Shown: piece after piece, positions 36,046-45,692 of the stretch | Position numbering within the stretch: position 1 is the stretch's first letter | Layout of the letters: each line of letters starts with the position of its first letter | Source of the DNA: a virus | Taxonomy: Duplodnaviria; Caudoviricetes | Reading direction: 5' to 3' (one strand) | Length of the DNA: 50,143 nucleotides | IMG/VR virus record: IMGVR_UViG_3300031953_000025 | Span: 1-50,143 of that record | Made by a program: the position numbers and the translations under genes | Notes under the pieces: model-generated | What the model was told of the DNA's origin: nothing | Databases searched by the model: none | The model's input: the letters and a program-made list of their open reading frames with translations, nothing else

Positions 36046-36486
36046 CTAGAACGGGGTCTGGTCGTCGAAGGTGTTGGTGGTGGTGGTCGGCGTGTTCCAC
36101 ACGTCACCTCCAGCGGGCGCCGCTGACTGTTGCTGAGGCGGTGCCTGCTCGCGTGCCTGGCGCGGGATGATCGACCACTTCGCGAACTTGAGCTCGAGGC
36201 TCACACCGGACTTGCCGTTGTTCTCCCATGCCTTCAGGATCGGCTCGCCCTCGACTCGGACGAGCGTGCCCTTGCGCAGGTACTTCTCCGTGAGGTCGGC
36301 GGCAGCCTCCCACTGGGGAACCCGCACCCAGAGTGTTTCGCCCACGTCTTCGTACTCGTGGGTCTGCGGATTCTTGCGGCGTGCCTGATGGGCGATCGAG
36401 AAGTTGGCGACCCGCTTGCCGTTTGACTCGCGAACCTCGGGATCGCCGGACAGGAAGCCTTCAACGATCATCGTTGCGGAACTCAT
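36046..36486 (-). CDS. ssb: Single-stranded DNA-binding protein
   Basis: OB fold, LRKGTLVRVEG, acidic tail DDQTPF. Confidence 0.92.
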   Translation of the reverse strand: MSSATMIVEGFLSGDPEVRESNGKRVANFSIAHQARRKNPQTHEYEDVGETLWVRVPQWEAAADLTEKYLRKGTLVRVEGEPILKAWENNGKSGVSLELKFAKWSIIPRQAREQAPPQQQSAAPAGGDVWNTPTTTTNTFDDQTPF

Positions 36487-36770
36487 TCGTTGCTCTTTTC
36501 GTTGGTTGTTGCGGGTATTGCGCCCAGATAGGCGTTGAGCTTGGTGGGGTTGAACCCAGCCCAGGCGACGTCGGCGCCGGGGGTGCCGAATGACACGAGC
36601 ACGACGGGCGCCGCGGCGAGCCCGAGCGACTTGGCCGCTTCGAGGTCCATCGGGTCTTTGAGAATGTCGACCTCAGAGAACGCGATGTCGCGTTTTGTCA
36701 GCCATTGCTTCGTCATCACGCATTGTCGGCAGTCGTCTTTCGTGTAGACGGTGATGGTGGGGACGGTCAT
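36483..36770 (-). CDS. nrdH: NrdH-like glutaredoxin
   Basis: VYTKDDCRQCVMTK, APVV, WAGFNP. Confidence 0.9.
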   Translation of the reverse strand: MTVPTITVYTKDDCRQCVMTKQWLTKRDIAFSEVDILKDPMDLEAAKSLGLAAAPVVLVSFGTPGADVAWAGFNPTKLNAYLGAIPATTNEKSNE

Positions 36771-37093
36771 TTACTGCTCATTTCGTGGTTGGTTTCTTGA
36801 ATGCGTAGACGCGTCGTGTGCCCGTCTCCGTCGATTTCACGGGTTCCGCGTGCAGCCGGGTCGAATGTGGGTAAAACCCCGCCAGCGGCCACGGTGTGGA
36901 TCGTGGCGGGCAAATCGCGCACGCTCGGGGAGTGCCGTGCAGGCTCGTACGCCTGCGGATGGAACCGCCGATCATGGCGGGCGAGGATCGCGACCGTCGC
37001 CAGCTGCCCCACAGACTGGGCGGTGAACTCAGGGCAGTCGGGACACTCGGAATCGAACACGTCCCCGGCGCTCGGTATCGCTCGTGCAGTCAT
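36767..37093 (-). CDS. Hypothetical protein (CxxC...HxxxxH)
   Basis: CPDCPE, RHDRRFH; coupled. Confidence 0.55.
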   Translation of the reverse strand: MTARAIPSAGDVFDSECPDCPEFTAQSVGQLATVAILARHDRRFHPQAYEPARHSPSVRDLPATIHTVAAGGVLPTFDPAARGTREIDGDGHTTRLRIQETNHEMSSK

Positions 37094-37410
37094 TTCTTGG
37101 TCTCTTTCTCGTTGAATTCCTGCTGCGCACGGTGCGCTGCGAGGGTTGCCGTTATTGACGGGTCGGGCCGCGCCGGGTACCGCTCCCGCCGGGCTCGCTG
37201 GAGGCGCTCAGCACCGTGGACGTCGCCGGCTGTCGACCGGCGGTAGGCGTCGAGGTCAAACTTCATCGCCTCCACCTCGTGGTCGGCGACCATGGCCCGG
37301 TGAGCATGGCTGCCGAAAGATTCCTGCTGGACCTGCGCCAGCGTGGGGAACCGTTCAGCCTCGACCTTCGCGGTGTCGAGTCCCCTCAGGAACTGATCGA
37401 GGGTGTCCAT
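37090..37410 (-). CDS. Hypothetical protein
   Basis: TGATG/ATGA coupling. Confidence 0.55.
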   Translation of the reverse strand: MDTLDQFLRGLDTAKVEAERFPTLAQVQQESFGSHAHRAMVADHEVEAMKFDLDAYRRSTAGDVHGAERLQRARRERYPARPDPSITATLAAHRAQQEFNEKETKK

Positions 37411-37799
37411 CAGGCATGCACCGGCTTGCCCGTGTCCGGGTCGACACCACGCTCGATGCGATGTGCTCGAATCGAGGCCTGAGTCTCAGCCTCGAACTGG
37501 GCCCGGTCGAGCGTGATCACCGGTGCAGCGATGGCGCCGCGCGCAATGGCCGTCACGATCCGTTTCGCGCGTTCCTGACGCAACCTGACCACCCGCACGT
37601 TCGCGATGATGTGCCCTGCCTCGAGGTAGACGCCCGGCCGGTCCTGACGGTGCATGACCACGGCGGCCAGGCACTCGTCGAGTGGAAGGTGGCCGAGGGA
37701 CTGAAACCATTCCTCGTGCAGCAGCCCGGCCTTGCCAACGTCGCGATTGTCGCCGACCTTCACGCGGGCGATGAGCTTGCCGATGTCGTCGTAGTTCAT
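37410..37799 (-). CDS. Helicase loader/inhibitor-like (G39P-like) protein
   Basis: DNRDV...EWFQSL...AAVVMH...GHI pattern; follows initiator. Confidence 0.6.
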   Translation of the reverse strand: MNYDDIGKLIARVKVGDNRDVGKAGLLHEEWFQSLGHLPLDECLAAVVMHRQDRPGVYLEAGHIIANVRVVRLRQERAKRIVTAIARGAIAAPVITLDRAQFEAETQASIRAHRIERGVDPDTGKPVHA

Positions 37800-38671
37800 G
37801 CGCTCAGCGCCTTTCGGTCGTGTTCGGCTTGCATTCGCTTGCCGGTTTCGATGACGTCGAGGATCTGCTGATCCTTCGGGACCTTCGCCTGCTGCCCTTG
37901 AGTCCGTTGCCGTTCGGCGTGCAGGCGCAGCTCGTCGTACTTCGCGCGGAACTTCGGCATCGACAGGATGTTGCCGCGCCAGAAGCTGTCCGCCTGACAC
38001 CACCGCATGAGTCGTTCTGCAGCCATCGGCTCGCGGCCATCGGCGACAAGCATGAGCCGCGCTGCGGTGAGCCATCCCGGGCCGATGGTCGGTGACTTCG
38101 ATCCGTTTGCGACGACGAGGTCGCGGAGCAGGATGCACAACCGTTCGACCTCGGGGCGAAGCTCCGAGACGGGCACGGGAGATTCTTCGACAAGAAGCTC
38201 TTTAGTACTTAATCGGCTTGGCTTGGCTTGGCTTGGTAGGGCTTGGCTTGGGTGTTGTGACGGACGCTCTTGTCCCACGTCGGTCCCGCTGTCTGTCCCG
38301 TGGGACAAAGGCGGGACAGGATTTGACTTCTGACCAGCATTATTATCTCGCCAGGTCTTCTTTCGAAGGGTTTCCTTCTTGCGTTTGCTCTCAACTTCCA
38401 CTCTCGTGCGTTGCCAGCCCTCCCAATCGTGGAAGACGAATCCTTGAGGGGTTGTCTCCCATAGGCCAGAGGTCACGAGAGCCTCTGCAGAGACCAGATC
38501 GGCGCCCCATTCATCGATCATGAACGCCCCGATATGGCCGTCCGTGAGGTGCTTTGCGCACGACGCCCCGGCGATTGTCCAGAGACCCACGGCGGCCATT
38601 CGTTCACCCCTGGGGATGCTCAAAACCTTCGGGCTCGTGGGGAACCCATCGTCAACGTTGAACCAGACCAC
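37796..38671 (-). CDS. Phage replication initiator (RepA-like)
   Basis: WFNVDDGF..SPK, GLW...FHDW, PSQA linker, DSFWRGNILSMPKFRAKYDEL C-terminal domain. Confidence 0.85.
   Translation of the reverse strand: MVWFNVDDGFPTSPKVLSIPRGERMAAVGLWTIAGASCAKHLTDGHIGAFMIDEWGADLVSAEALVTSGLWETTPQGFVFHDWEGWQRTRVEVESKRKKETLRKKTWRDNNAGQKSNPVPPLSHGTDSGTDVGQERPSQHPSQALPSQAKPSRLSTKELLVEESPVPVSELRPEVERLCILLRDLVVANGSKSPTIGPGWLTAARLMLVADGREPMAAERLMRWCQADSFWRGNILSMPKFRAKYDELRLHAERQRTQGQQAKVPKDQQILDVIETGKRMQAEHDRKALSA
38215..38318. repeat. Putative replication origin: GCTTG pentamer run plus TGTCCC/GGGACA iterons within the initiator gene
   Basis: GCTTG repeats 38215-38252; TGTCCC 38271, 38294; GGTCCC 38282; GGGACA 38302, 38313. 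Confidence 0.7.
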
Positions 38672-38816
38672 TACGTCTTACCTCCTTTCTTTTCGTCAAA
38701 GTCGCCTCTCGCGATGGCGACGGCCAGCCCGTCGAGCACTGCGGCCGCGGGCAGTGATGCTTGCTTGTCTGCTCGGGCCTTGATGTGGGCGAGCAGCTTG
38801 GCCTTGTCGATGACCG

Positions 38817-38999
38817 TCACGGCGCTTCCACTGCTCGTGCGTGGGCATCCGCGTACTCCACAGCATCCGCGAACGAGTAGAGGTGGTAGCGGTGATGGAA
38901 GTACGCGGGGAGCGACGAGTGCGACACCCGCCAGTACATTCCCGGGCTGCCCCACATGAATGACCATCGTTTCCGGATGACCCACTTCTCGCGCTTCAC
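38817..38999 (-). CDS. Hypothetical protein
   Basis: Coupled small ORF. Confidence 0.5.
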   Translation of the reverse strand: MKREKWVIRKRWSFMWGSPGMYWRVSHSSLPAYFHHRYHLYSFADAVEYADAHARAVEAP

Positions 39000-39400
39000 G
39001 ATGTGCCATACATTCGCTGCATCGCATCCTCTTCGGTGATCACGACGATCTCGCCGTCATCGGAGTAGAGCACCCAGGACAGGTGCAGTCGCCCGCCGTA
39101 GATAGGCATCCACCGGCGTGCCGGCCACTCACTCGGGTCGGCGTAGCTCGGTGCGGCCCATCCTTCGGCTTGCGCGTCGATAGGATGCTCGGTTGCCCAT
39201 TTGTGGCAGCCCAGTCGGAGCACGTGCAGATTGCTCACGACGGTGCGTCCGCCTTGCGAGCGGTTCACGCGGTGGTCGCGAGCGGGTGGCCCACAGTCTC
39301 GGCGGCACCGCTGGCATGTGTCCTTATCGCGCAGGGTAGCCAGCTCGTAGGCGTCGCGCTCGTCGGCCGCGGTCGGCTTCGGGACCTTCGGGCCGATCAT
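38996..39400 (-). CDS. HNH endonuclease-like protein
   Basis: RDKDTCQRC...DHRVNRSQGG...NL...CH. Confidence 0.75.
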   Translation of the reverse strand: MIGPKVPKPTAADERDAYELATLRDKDTCQRCRRDCGPPARDHRVNRSQGGRTVVSNLHVLRLGCHKWATEHPIDAQAEGWAAPSYADPSEWPARRWMPIYGGRLHLSWVLYSDDGEIVVITEEDAMQRMYGTS

Positions 39401-39816
39401 TCGATCCGCTCCACTCGGAGCGTCATGTGAGCTACGTGCCCGAGCTTCTTATCGAGCCAGACGATTTCCGGCATGAGCTTCTTCATGTAGGCCGGTCTGT
39501 CATCGACAACGACTCCGGCGTCCACGAGCCCGTCACAGAGCGCTTTGAGAGTCGGCACCGGGTTCTCTTCGTCGCGCACCGTCTTCGTGACCACGTACCA
39601 GGTGAGCGTCACGCGGCACTTTCCGAGCGCTGGAATCCGGTTCGCCATGAGCTTGCCGGTGAGGCGAGTCTCGGCCACGATGCGGTCGTGCGCGTGCTTG
39701 TTCATGCGCTGGTTGAGGTGCAGCGGTGGCTGTTTCCAGTCGAATTCCAGCGTCTGTTCGAACGGAATGAAACCGCCCTCGACGCCGGCGGTGGTTCCGG
39801 TGATGCTTTTGTCCAT
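39397..39816 (-). CDS. RusA-like Holliday junction resolvase
   Basis: PPLHLNQR, RDEEN...KALCDGLVDAGVVVDD. Confidence 0.8.
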   Translation of the reverse strand: MDKSITGTTAGVEGGFIPFEQTLEFDWKQPPLHLNQRMNKHAHDRIVAETRLTGKLMANRIPALGKCRVTLTWYVVTKTVRDEENPVPTLKALCDGLVDAGVVVDDRPAYMKKLMPEIVWLDKKLGHVAHMTLRVERIE

Positions 39817-39821
39817 TGCAC

Positions 39822-40646
39822 TCACGACTGCGCCCCGTCTTCGGCCTGCTCTTCGGGAGTGCGTGCCATCGGGTCGGCGGGTTCGCTGGTCTCGTTGACC
39901 ATGACGATTCCCTGCATCCCGGCGATGGTTTGCGGGCTCTTGTTGCCCTCTTCGACATCGCGGGTCATCTGCACGGCCGTGGCGAACTCCGTCGACTTCG
40001 GCAGGTACGGGGCGACCTCGCGCACGAGAGTCTTGCGGGCCATTTCTTCTTCGTTCGTTTTCCATGGGCCGCGCTCCCACCCGTTGGGTCGGCGGTTCAG
40101 GATCTTCGCGCGAGGCATGTACGCCCACACCGTTCCGGCCCCGATGATCTGTGCCGTGACGACAGCGCCCGTCCACTCGCGGTCTTCGTCGTAGTCGGCG
40201 GGAGCCCAGTCGAAGTAGCGGCCACGCTCAGAGTTGGCGCCGTGGTCGAACTTGTCGCCGTCACGCACCAGGAACGTCTCGATCTTGCCGATGCGTCCCG
40301 AGCGGTAGGCGAGTTCGATCAAGCCCTGATAGCCGATGATGGGTAGGCATATCTGCTGGCCCTTGTCCTTGCGCGGCGTCAGGTAGAAGTGCCCGAGCGC
40401 CGGCCCGATCTCCAGCTTGAGTTGCGCGGCCAGCATGATCGACCCGAGCACCGATGCCGGGGTGGCGTTTTGCAGGTCGGGGCTCTTGCCGATCTCGGTG
40501 ATCGCGGCTCTCACGAACGACCCGGAGTTGAGCGCGCCCGAGAGTTGCGCTTCGATCGCTGCCTTCTGGTTCTGGATGACATCGCGCATGGTGGGCGCCT
40601 TCTTCTGCTCCACCTGCTTGTCGGCGATCTTGCCTGAGAGTGTCAT
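39822..40646 (-). CDS. recT: RecT recombinase
   Basis: LGHFYLTP, IIGYQGLIELAYRSG, GPW...EEMARKT...YLPKS. Confidence 0.92.
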   Translation of the reverse strand: MTLSGKIADKQVEQKKAPTMRDVIQNQKAAIEAQLSGALNSGSFVRAAITEIGKSPDLQNATPASVLGSIMLAAQLKLEIGPALGHFYLTPRKDKGQQICLPIIGYQGLIELAYRSGRIGKIETFLVRDGDKFDHGANSERGRYFDWAPADYDEDREWTGAVVTAQIIGAGTVWAYMPRAKILNRRPNGWERGPWKTNEEEMARKTLVREVAPYLPKSTEFATAVQMTRDVEEGNKSPQTIAGMQGIVMVNETSEPADPMARTPEEQAEDGAQS

Positions 40647-41740
40647 TTGCTGTCCTTCTGTTCGGTCTTCCAAATGGTGAGGTCGTCGTAGCTGCCGAGT
40701 ACGTCGTGCACGGTGATTCCGGCTTCGTATCCTTCGGGCGGCTCAGCGGCGAACTCTTCGTTCAGCGCCTTGGTGTCTTTGCGCAGGAACCGCGGCGAGG
40801 ATGCGTGTTCGCGGGTGTACATGGTTACGAGGTCGGGGTGCTCGGCAGCGAATAGCGCCATGTCGAACGACTGCCCGGGCTTCGGTCGCTTCCACGTGTA
40901 GAGCGCCTTGCCCTTGTAGGCGAGCGTGCTTGAATCGGCGTTCTTCAGCAGTTCCTGATAGGCGACTTTGACGGCCTTGATCTTGGCTTCGGCGTCCTTG
41001 TACACGCTGCGTTCCTGCCCGTCGAGCCACCACGCCATCAGCAAGCGCTCGTCACCGTCTACCGTCTCGCCGGAATCCTTATGCACGAGGGCGAGCTCGT
41101 CGCTCGTCGTCGCGTCAGGCGGGCTCTCAGCGAGTACGTGGTCATACCAGAACGACCGCGTGATGCGGATGATCTGATCGACGACTTCCTGATCCCAGTC
41201 GATGGTGAAGAACTCGGGACGGTTGCCGCCGTGCAGCACTGCCAGATAGCCGCGGCGGGCGCCGAGGACGATCATCTGCACGAGCACCTGAATGCGGTAG
41301 TTGTCCGGCACGCCCTCGGCCCAGGCATCGGCCATGAACCGATCCGAGGTTTTGAGCTCGACGGGTTCGCCGCGATCCGTCACCCGGTCAGGTGTTGCGC
41401 CGAGCCACGGATATTGCGTCGATCTGAGCAGCCCCGGTGACGGCTCCACGATCAGTCCCTTGGTGTCGGCCACCCATCCGGCGATCGGGTCTTCGAGGCG
41501 GTGGCCCCATTCCTGCCACTCGGTCATGTCGTCGGTGATGTTCGGGTTCAGCTTGTCGATGTAGATCCCGAGCGGCGTGGAGTAGCGGGACAACCCGAGG
41601 ATGCAGGCAACCTCAGACGCGCCGATGATCGATTTGCGGGCCAGCAGCCAATCAGGCGTGTTGCTCGTGGCCGTGAGAATGGAATAGCCCCGCTGAATGT
41701 CATTCTCAGCGGGGCTCGTGGGTGTGCTTGTGGGGGTCAT
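40643..41740 (-). CDS. YqaJ/RecE-like exonuclease
   Basis: WLLARK.IGASE, WGHRLE, ATPDR, ELKT, YRIQV. Confidence 0.9.
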   Translation of the reverse strand: MTPTSTPTSPAENDIQRGYSILTATSNTPDWLLARKSIIGASEVACILGLSRYSTPLGIYIDKLNPNITDDMTEWQEWGHRLEDPIAGWVADTKGLIVEPSPGLLRSTQYPWLGATPDRVTDRGEPVELKTSDRFMADAWAEGVPDNYRIQVLVQMIVLGARRGYLAVLHGGNRPEFFTIDWDQEVVDQIIRITRSFWYDHVLAESPPDATTSDELALVHKDSGETVDGDERLLMAWWLDGQERSVYKDAEAKIKAVKVAYQELLKNADSSTLAYKGKALYTWKRPKPGQSFDMALFAAEHPDLVTMYTREHASSPRFLRKDTKALNEEFAAEPPEGYEAGITVHDVLGSYDDLTIWKTEQKDSK

Positions 41741-41855
41741 TCGCGTCTCCATTCGGCGCGTCGTTCGTTCTCGTCTTCGGGGTCTGACTCTTCGATCTCG
41801 TCGGGGTCGTCGTCTGGCACGTCGTAGTAGGCGTCAGACATTCCCGCGGCGAGGG

Positions 41856-42053
41856 TCACGAGACACGCTCGACTCTGATGGTGCAGTCGCCCATGACTCC
41901 CTCGATGAGGTTGCTGATGCTTTCGATCTGCTGGGTCTGCGCGAGTGTTGCGTACACCTGAGCGAGCGCGATTCTGTCGCTGTTTTCGAGATGCCCGCCG
42001 CGCCCGAGTACGGTTTCGATTTGGTCGAGTGCGGCGTGCTTGAAGTCGGTCAT
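41856..42053 (-). CDS. Hypothetical protein
   Basis: AQVYATLA motif; coupled. Confidence 0.55.
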   Translation of the reverse strand: MTDFKHAALDQIETVLGRGGHLENSDRIALAQVYATLAQTQQIESISNLIEGVMGDCTIRVERVS

Positions 42054-42373
42054 TCTTCGTGTCCCTCCGTGTGAAAGTCGATGAATAGGGGTCGTGGCTC
42101 GGCGCTAACCTGCCCGCATCGGTGGCAGTGGCCGAGTTCGTGGTGGCCCCACTTGTGCTCGCAGTCGCCGGTAAACTCAGCGAGGTGCAGCGGGTAGGTG
42201 AGGTTTTCCAGCGCGGTGAGGGACCTGCCTCCCTTTCGCATTGCCATGCGCTGCGGGAATCCCATGTGGGTGTCGATCAGGCAGTACGGATTGTCGGTAG
42301 AGTCGAAAACCCATGTGGCGTCGGGCAGGTCCTTGGCAGCCTCGGCGGTCTGAACCTCGTTCTTGTCGCTCAT
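42050..42373 (-). CDS. Hypothetical protein
   Basis: C-terminal CEH...CHRCG. Confidence 0.55.
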   Translation of the reverse strand: MSDKNEVQTAEAAKDLPDATWVFDSTDNPYCLIDTHMGFPQRMAMRKGGRSLTALENLTYPLHLAEFTGDCEHKWGHHELGHCHRCGQVSAEPRPLFIDFHTEGHEE

Positions 42374-43623
42374 GCGGACACCGCAAGGGCGCCGTCTTTC
42401 ATGGTCCAGCCGAGTGCGCTGGAGTTGTCCCGGTCCCGCTCGACGATCACGTAGTAGCCGCGTTCGATCGCGAGCTTCTCGATGCCAGCGAGCGAGTCGG
42501 CATCGAGCAGGTCGCCGTTCTTGATGAAGATGATCCGCAGGTCGGGCTTGTCGACGGTGAACAGGTCGAATGCCACGATGATCTGCTGCGCCGGGTTGAC
42601 CTGGCGAAACGGGATGCCATCGAACGTGATGCCCGTTGCGTCGATGCCGAGGCCGACGACGGGGAACTTCGCCGCGGCGAGCCCGTCAGCTTTCTGCTTG
42701 TCGATCGCCTTGATGTCAGCAGTGAGCGCGCTCTCCGCATCCGTGGATTCTTCGAGCTCGGTGGCGACCCCGGTTCTGGCGAGTTGCGCCCGGACCTTGA
42801 CGTTGGTTTCCTCGACACCCGCCACCTCGGCATCCAAGGTAGTGAGGTCGACTTCGGGGGCCAGCTGGTCGAGTGCGGCGAGCGCGTCCCTCGCGGCGTC
42901 CACGGTGCGCTTGGCTTCGAGCTTTGCGGCCTCAAGGCGTTCGGCTGCGTTGGTCGCGTCGTACGCCGCCTGAGATGCCCAGTCGGCAGCCTTGTTGCGG
43001 TTGCCGTTGTGAACGTGCGCGGCGTTCGCTTTCGCCATGAGCTCAGCCACACTCACCTCGGCATCCGGTACGCCCTTGTCGTGCGGCGCAAATCCTTCGA
43101 GCCGCGCGGTGAGTTTCTTGACCTCCCGTGTTGTAACCGTGCGAGTGTCGAACAGCACCTTGCGGTCGGCGTCGAGCTTGTCGACATCGAACGGCAGGTC
43201 AACACGGCGCAGCATGTCGGACCGCTGATCCTTCTCGTCTTGCTGGGCGAACGCGGCAGTATCGAACACCTGCCCGCCCGTTGACTTCAGCATGAACTCT
43301 TTGCCCGAGCCATACTTCGTTCCGTCGATCGCGGTTGCCTTGAGTTCGCCCGGCCCATCCTTCGCATATGCCCGGCGAACCACGGCCAGCGAGGTTGTCA
43401 TTTCGATGAACGCCGAATCCTTGCCGTCGTGAATCGGCTTCGGAATTCCCTTGACCCCAGCCGGGTCCATGAGCTGCATGACCCCATCGACCACGCTCGA
43501 CTTGCCGGAACCGTTCGCCCCGCCGATGACGATGAGGCCGGGACCGTTCGGGAGGATTTCGACGGTGGCGCGAACGCCCTTGAACTGGTGGATCTTGAAG
43601 CTCGTGATGTCGTGCACGGTCAT
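42370..43623 (-). CDS. AAA/SMC-like ATPase (Rad50/SbcC-like architecture)
   Basis: FKGV, Walker A GANGSGKSS, central coiled coil, degenerate Walker B IIFIKNGDLLD. Confidence 0.85.
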   Translation of the reverse strand: MTVHDITSFKIHQFKGVRATVEILPNGPGLIVIGGANGSGKSSVVDGVMQLMDPAGVKGIPKPIHDGKDSAFIEMTTSLAVVRRAYAKDGPGELKATAIDGTKYGSGKEFMLKSTGGQVFDTAAFAQQDEKDQRSDMLRRVDLPFDVDKLDADRKVLFDTRTVTTREVKKLTARLEGFAPHDKGVPDAEVSVAELMAKANAAHVHNGNRNKAADWASQAAYDATNAAERLEAAKLEAKRTVDAARDALAALDQLAPEVDLTTLDAEVAGVEETNVKVRAQLARTGVATELEESTDAESALTADIKAIDKQKADGLAAAKFPVVGLGIDATGITFDGIPFRQVNPAQQIIVAFDLFTVDKPDLRIIFIKNGDLLDADSLAGIEKLAIERGYYVIVERDRDNSSALGWTMKDGALAVSA

Positions 43624-43778
43624 TTGGTTCTCTCAATCTTGGCCATGAGGCCGATAGTCGTGGGGGTGACCATGACGGCCAGCCCGAAAAGGATTAGTAC
43701 GGGGATGGTTTGAATGCCGATGACGACCAAGATGAGGCCGATAGCGAAGACGATCTGGAGCCAGTGCGCGACGGTCAT
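43620..43778 (-). CDS. Small two-TM membrane protein
   Basis: Hydrophobic 52 aa; ATGA coupling. Confidence 0.55.
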   Translation of the reverse strand: MTVAHWLQIVFAIGLILVVIGIQTIPVLILFGLAVMVTPTTIGLMAKIERTK

Positions 43779-44044
43779 ACGAACACCTGCGTTCTGAGTG
43801 CCAGCCGGAACACGATCACGTCGGCGGTTGGCCACGATCGACGCAGCCAATCCTCGGGCGGGTCCGCTCTGTCGTCGTCGGCCGCTTGATGCGCGAGCCG
43901 GACAACACCGTCAGCAGAGGGGAGCAGGTAGCCCTTCATATCCCACTCGTCACGACCGCGCCCGCCGATGACCATTACCTTGTCGCCGGGAGTGGGGAGC
44001 AGCGGGGCGATGTAGCCGGGGGACTTGAGCACATGGCCGGTCAT
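43775..44044 (-). CDS. Hypothetical protein
   Basis: Coupled ORF. Confidence 0.5.
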   Translation of the reverse strand: MTGHVLKSPGYIAPLLPTPGDKVMVIGGRGRDEWDMKGYLLPSADGVVRLAHQAADDDRADPPEDWLRRSWPTADVIVFRLALRTQVFV

Positions 44045-44421
44045 GATGGCGTGCCGTTGATTGCGCGGGCCAAGGCGAGCGCGTTTGTGGCTGCGGGTGC
44101 GATTGGCACCCATGGGCTATCTGCTCGCCCGGCGAACCTGTCTGCGAAGTCTTGGAGGATCACCAGTTGCGCGTCGATGGTGCGGTGCAGGGTGACGATT
44201 AGGTAGGCGTCGTTGTCCGCGCCGCCCGGGTCGGGGTTGAAGTCGTCGCCGTCTTCATCAGAGAGCACGGCGACGACCGGGATGCTGAGACTGTCTCCCA
44301 TATTGCAAAGTACCGAGACCCCAGCCGAGTCATGAGTGACTGCCCACGGGGCAGGACTGCTTGCATTGCGCAGTGCCGTCAGCTTCTCAATCGCCGCCTG
44401 CACTTCCTCAACGGCAGTCAC
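44041..44421 (-). CDS. Hypothetical protein (Ead/Ea22-like SPAPW...ADNDAYLI)
   Basis: Motif resemblance only. Confidence 0.55.
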   Translation of the reverse strand: MTAVEEVQAAIEKLTALRNASSPAPWAVTHDSAGVSVLCNMGDSLSIPVVAVLSDEDGDDFNPDPGGADNDAYLIVTLHRTIDAQLVILQDFADRFAGRADSPWVPIAPAATNALALARAINGTPS

Positions 44422-44600
44422 GAGATCCTCACAATCAGGACGCCGATCGTCGCAGCGAGCGCGACACACAGCGAGCCGAAGAAGATGAGGTGAAACCGTC
44501 TGCGAGCGCTGCGGTTGGCAATGCGCCGGCGGCGATCGTCGGCGAGGATCTGCGAACCGTGCGTCGGCTCGGCGGGGTACGGTGCGGTTGGCTTCGTCAT
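44418..44600 (-). CDS. Small membrane protein
   Basis: C-terminal TM. Confidence 0.55.
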   Translation of the reverse strand: MTKPTAPYPAEPTHGSQILADDRRRRIANRSARRRFHLIFFGSLCVALAATIGVLIVRIS

Positions 44601-44893
44601 GTTCGGTCTGCTTTCAAGTCGGCGAGCAATGCTTCAAGCTCGGTGATGCGCTGGTCTCGCTTCTCGGCAATGGTCAGGAATCGGACCGCCTCGGACTGGA
44701 CGACCTCGAAAGAGCCATCGCAACCCGCGGAGAACAGTGCACCGTTGGCGACTGCCGAGGATCGGGACAGATAGCCCGTTTGCCGGCCAATGACGTATCC
44801 AGCGGGGAAGGTATCTGTCCACCCCTGCTCGACGTTGCGAAACTCCATCTGCTCGGTCAGGACTGCACGGTAGAGGTAGACAGGCTTAGACAT
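44597..44893 (-). CDS. Hypothetical protein
   Basis: YLSRSSA motif; AAGGA SD. Confidence 0.55.
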   Translation of the reverse strand: MSKPVYLYRAVLTEQMEFRNVEQGWTDTFPAGYVIGRQTGYLSRSSAVANGALFSAGCDGSFEVVQSEAVRFLTIAEKRDQRITELEALLADLKADRT

Positions 44894-45692
44894 TGGCGAG
44901 TTCCTTGCTGTGAGTGGCGGCGTGGCCGCGCTTGGTGAAGAACGCGAGGAGTGCAAGCTCTGCATCGCCAGGGCGAACGCGGGTGTTCTCGAAACGGTTG
45001 CCGTCACGGTCGACAGTGGGGTACAGGTAGAAGTACGGCTTGCCCTTGTAGCTCGGGTGGCCGTGCTGCTTGCCCGCTTTCGGCTTGCCGTTCGCGTCGA
45101 CGCGCATACCGCGCTGGTCGATGAGCAGGTTTGCGGTGTAGAGGATCTGGAAGAACACACGCTCGCCCATATCACTCAGGTAGTGCTTGTGGAATTCGCG
45201 CGGCGTGAGTCCATCAGCGACCTCGATGGCGGCCTTGAATTCCTCGGCGACGACTGCGCGGGCCGTGATCTGCTCATTCGCCTCAAGCAGCATCCCGACC
45301 GCGCTATTGAGTTGACGGATCGTGTCGAGGTCGATTCCAACAGGAGCGGCAAGAGCAGCTGGCGAAGAGTAGGTGCCGGTCTTGCGGATGGCGGGTAGGA
45401 CATCCTCTGCGATCCAGTCCTGAATGCGTTCAGCCTGGGGAAGTGTCGACCGCATGATGAGGCGGTTCACGCCCGCCTCATTGAGTGCGGCGCGGTTCGG
45501 GTTGCCGGGGGTTCCGTCACTGATCGTGACGGAACTCTTCATGCGGTCAGGGATCACGGCAATTGCCATCCGCCCGTTGATGTAGCCGAGCAGGTCGGTC
45601 ACGTCGCTGGCAATGAACCATGGCTCGCCATTGATCAGGACCGTTCTCACCTCGGCCCCGTTGAACTCGAACGGCACGATCTCCGCGCTCAC
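44886..45692 (-). CDS. BRO-N domain antirepressor
   Basis: FEFNGAEVRTV..NGEPWFIASDV, NEAGV..LIMRS..P.A..IQDWI...VLPAIRKTG. Confidence 0.9.
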   Translation of the reverse strand: MSAEIVPFEFNGAEVRTVLINGEPWFIASDVTDLLGYINGRMAIAVIPDRMKSSVTISDGTPGNPNRAALNEAGVNRLIMRSTLPQAERIQDWIAEDVLPAIRKTGTYSSPAALAAPVGIDLDTIRQLNSAVGMLLEANEQITARAVVAEEFKAAIEVADGLTPREFHKHYLSDMGERVFFQILYTANLLIDQRGMRVDANGKPKAGKQHGHPSYKGKPYFYLYPTVDRDGNRFENTRVRPGDAELALLAFFTKRGHAATHSKELANV

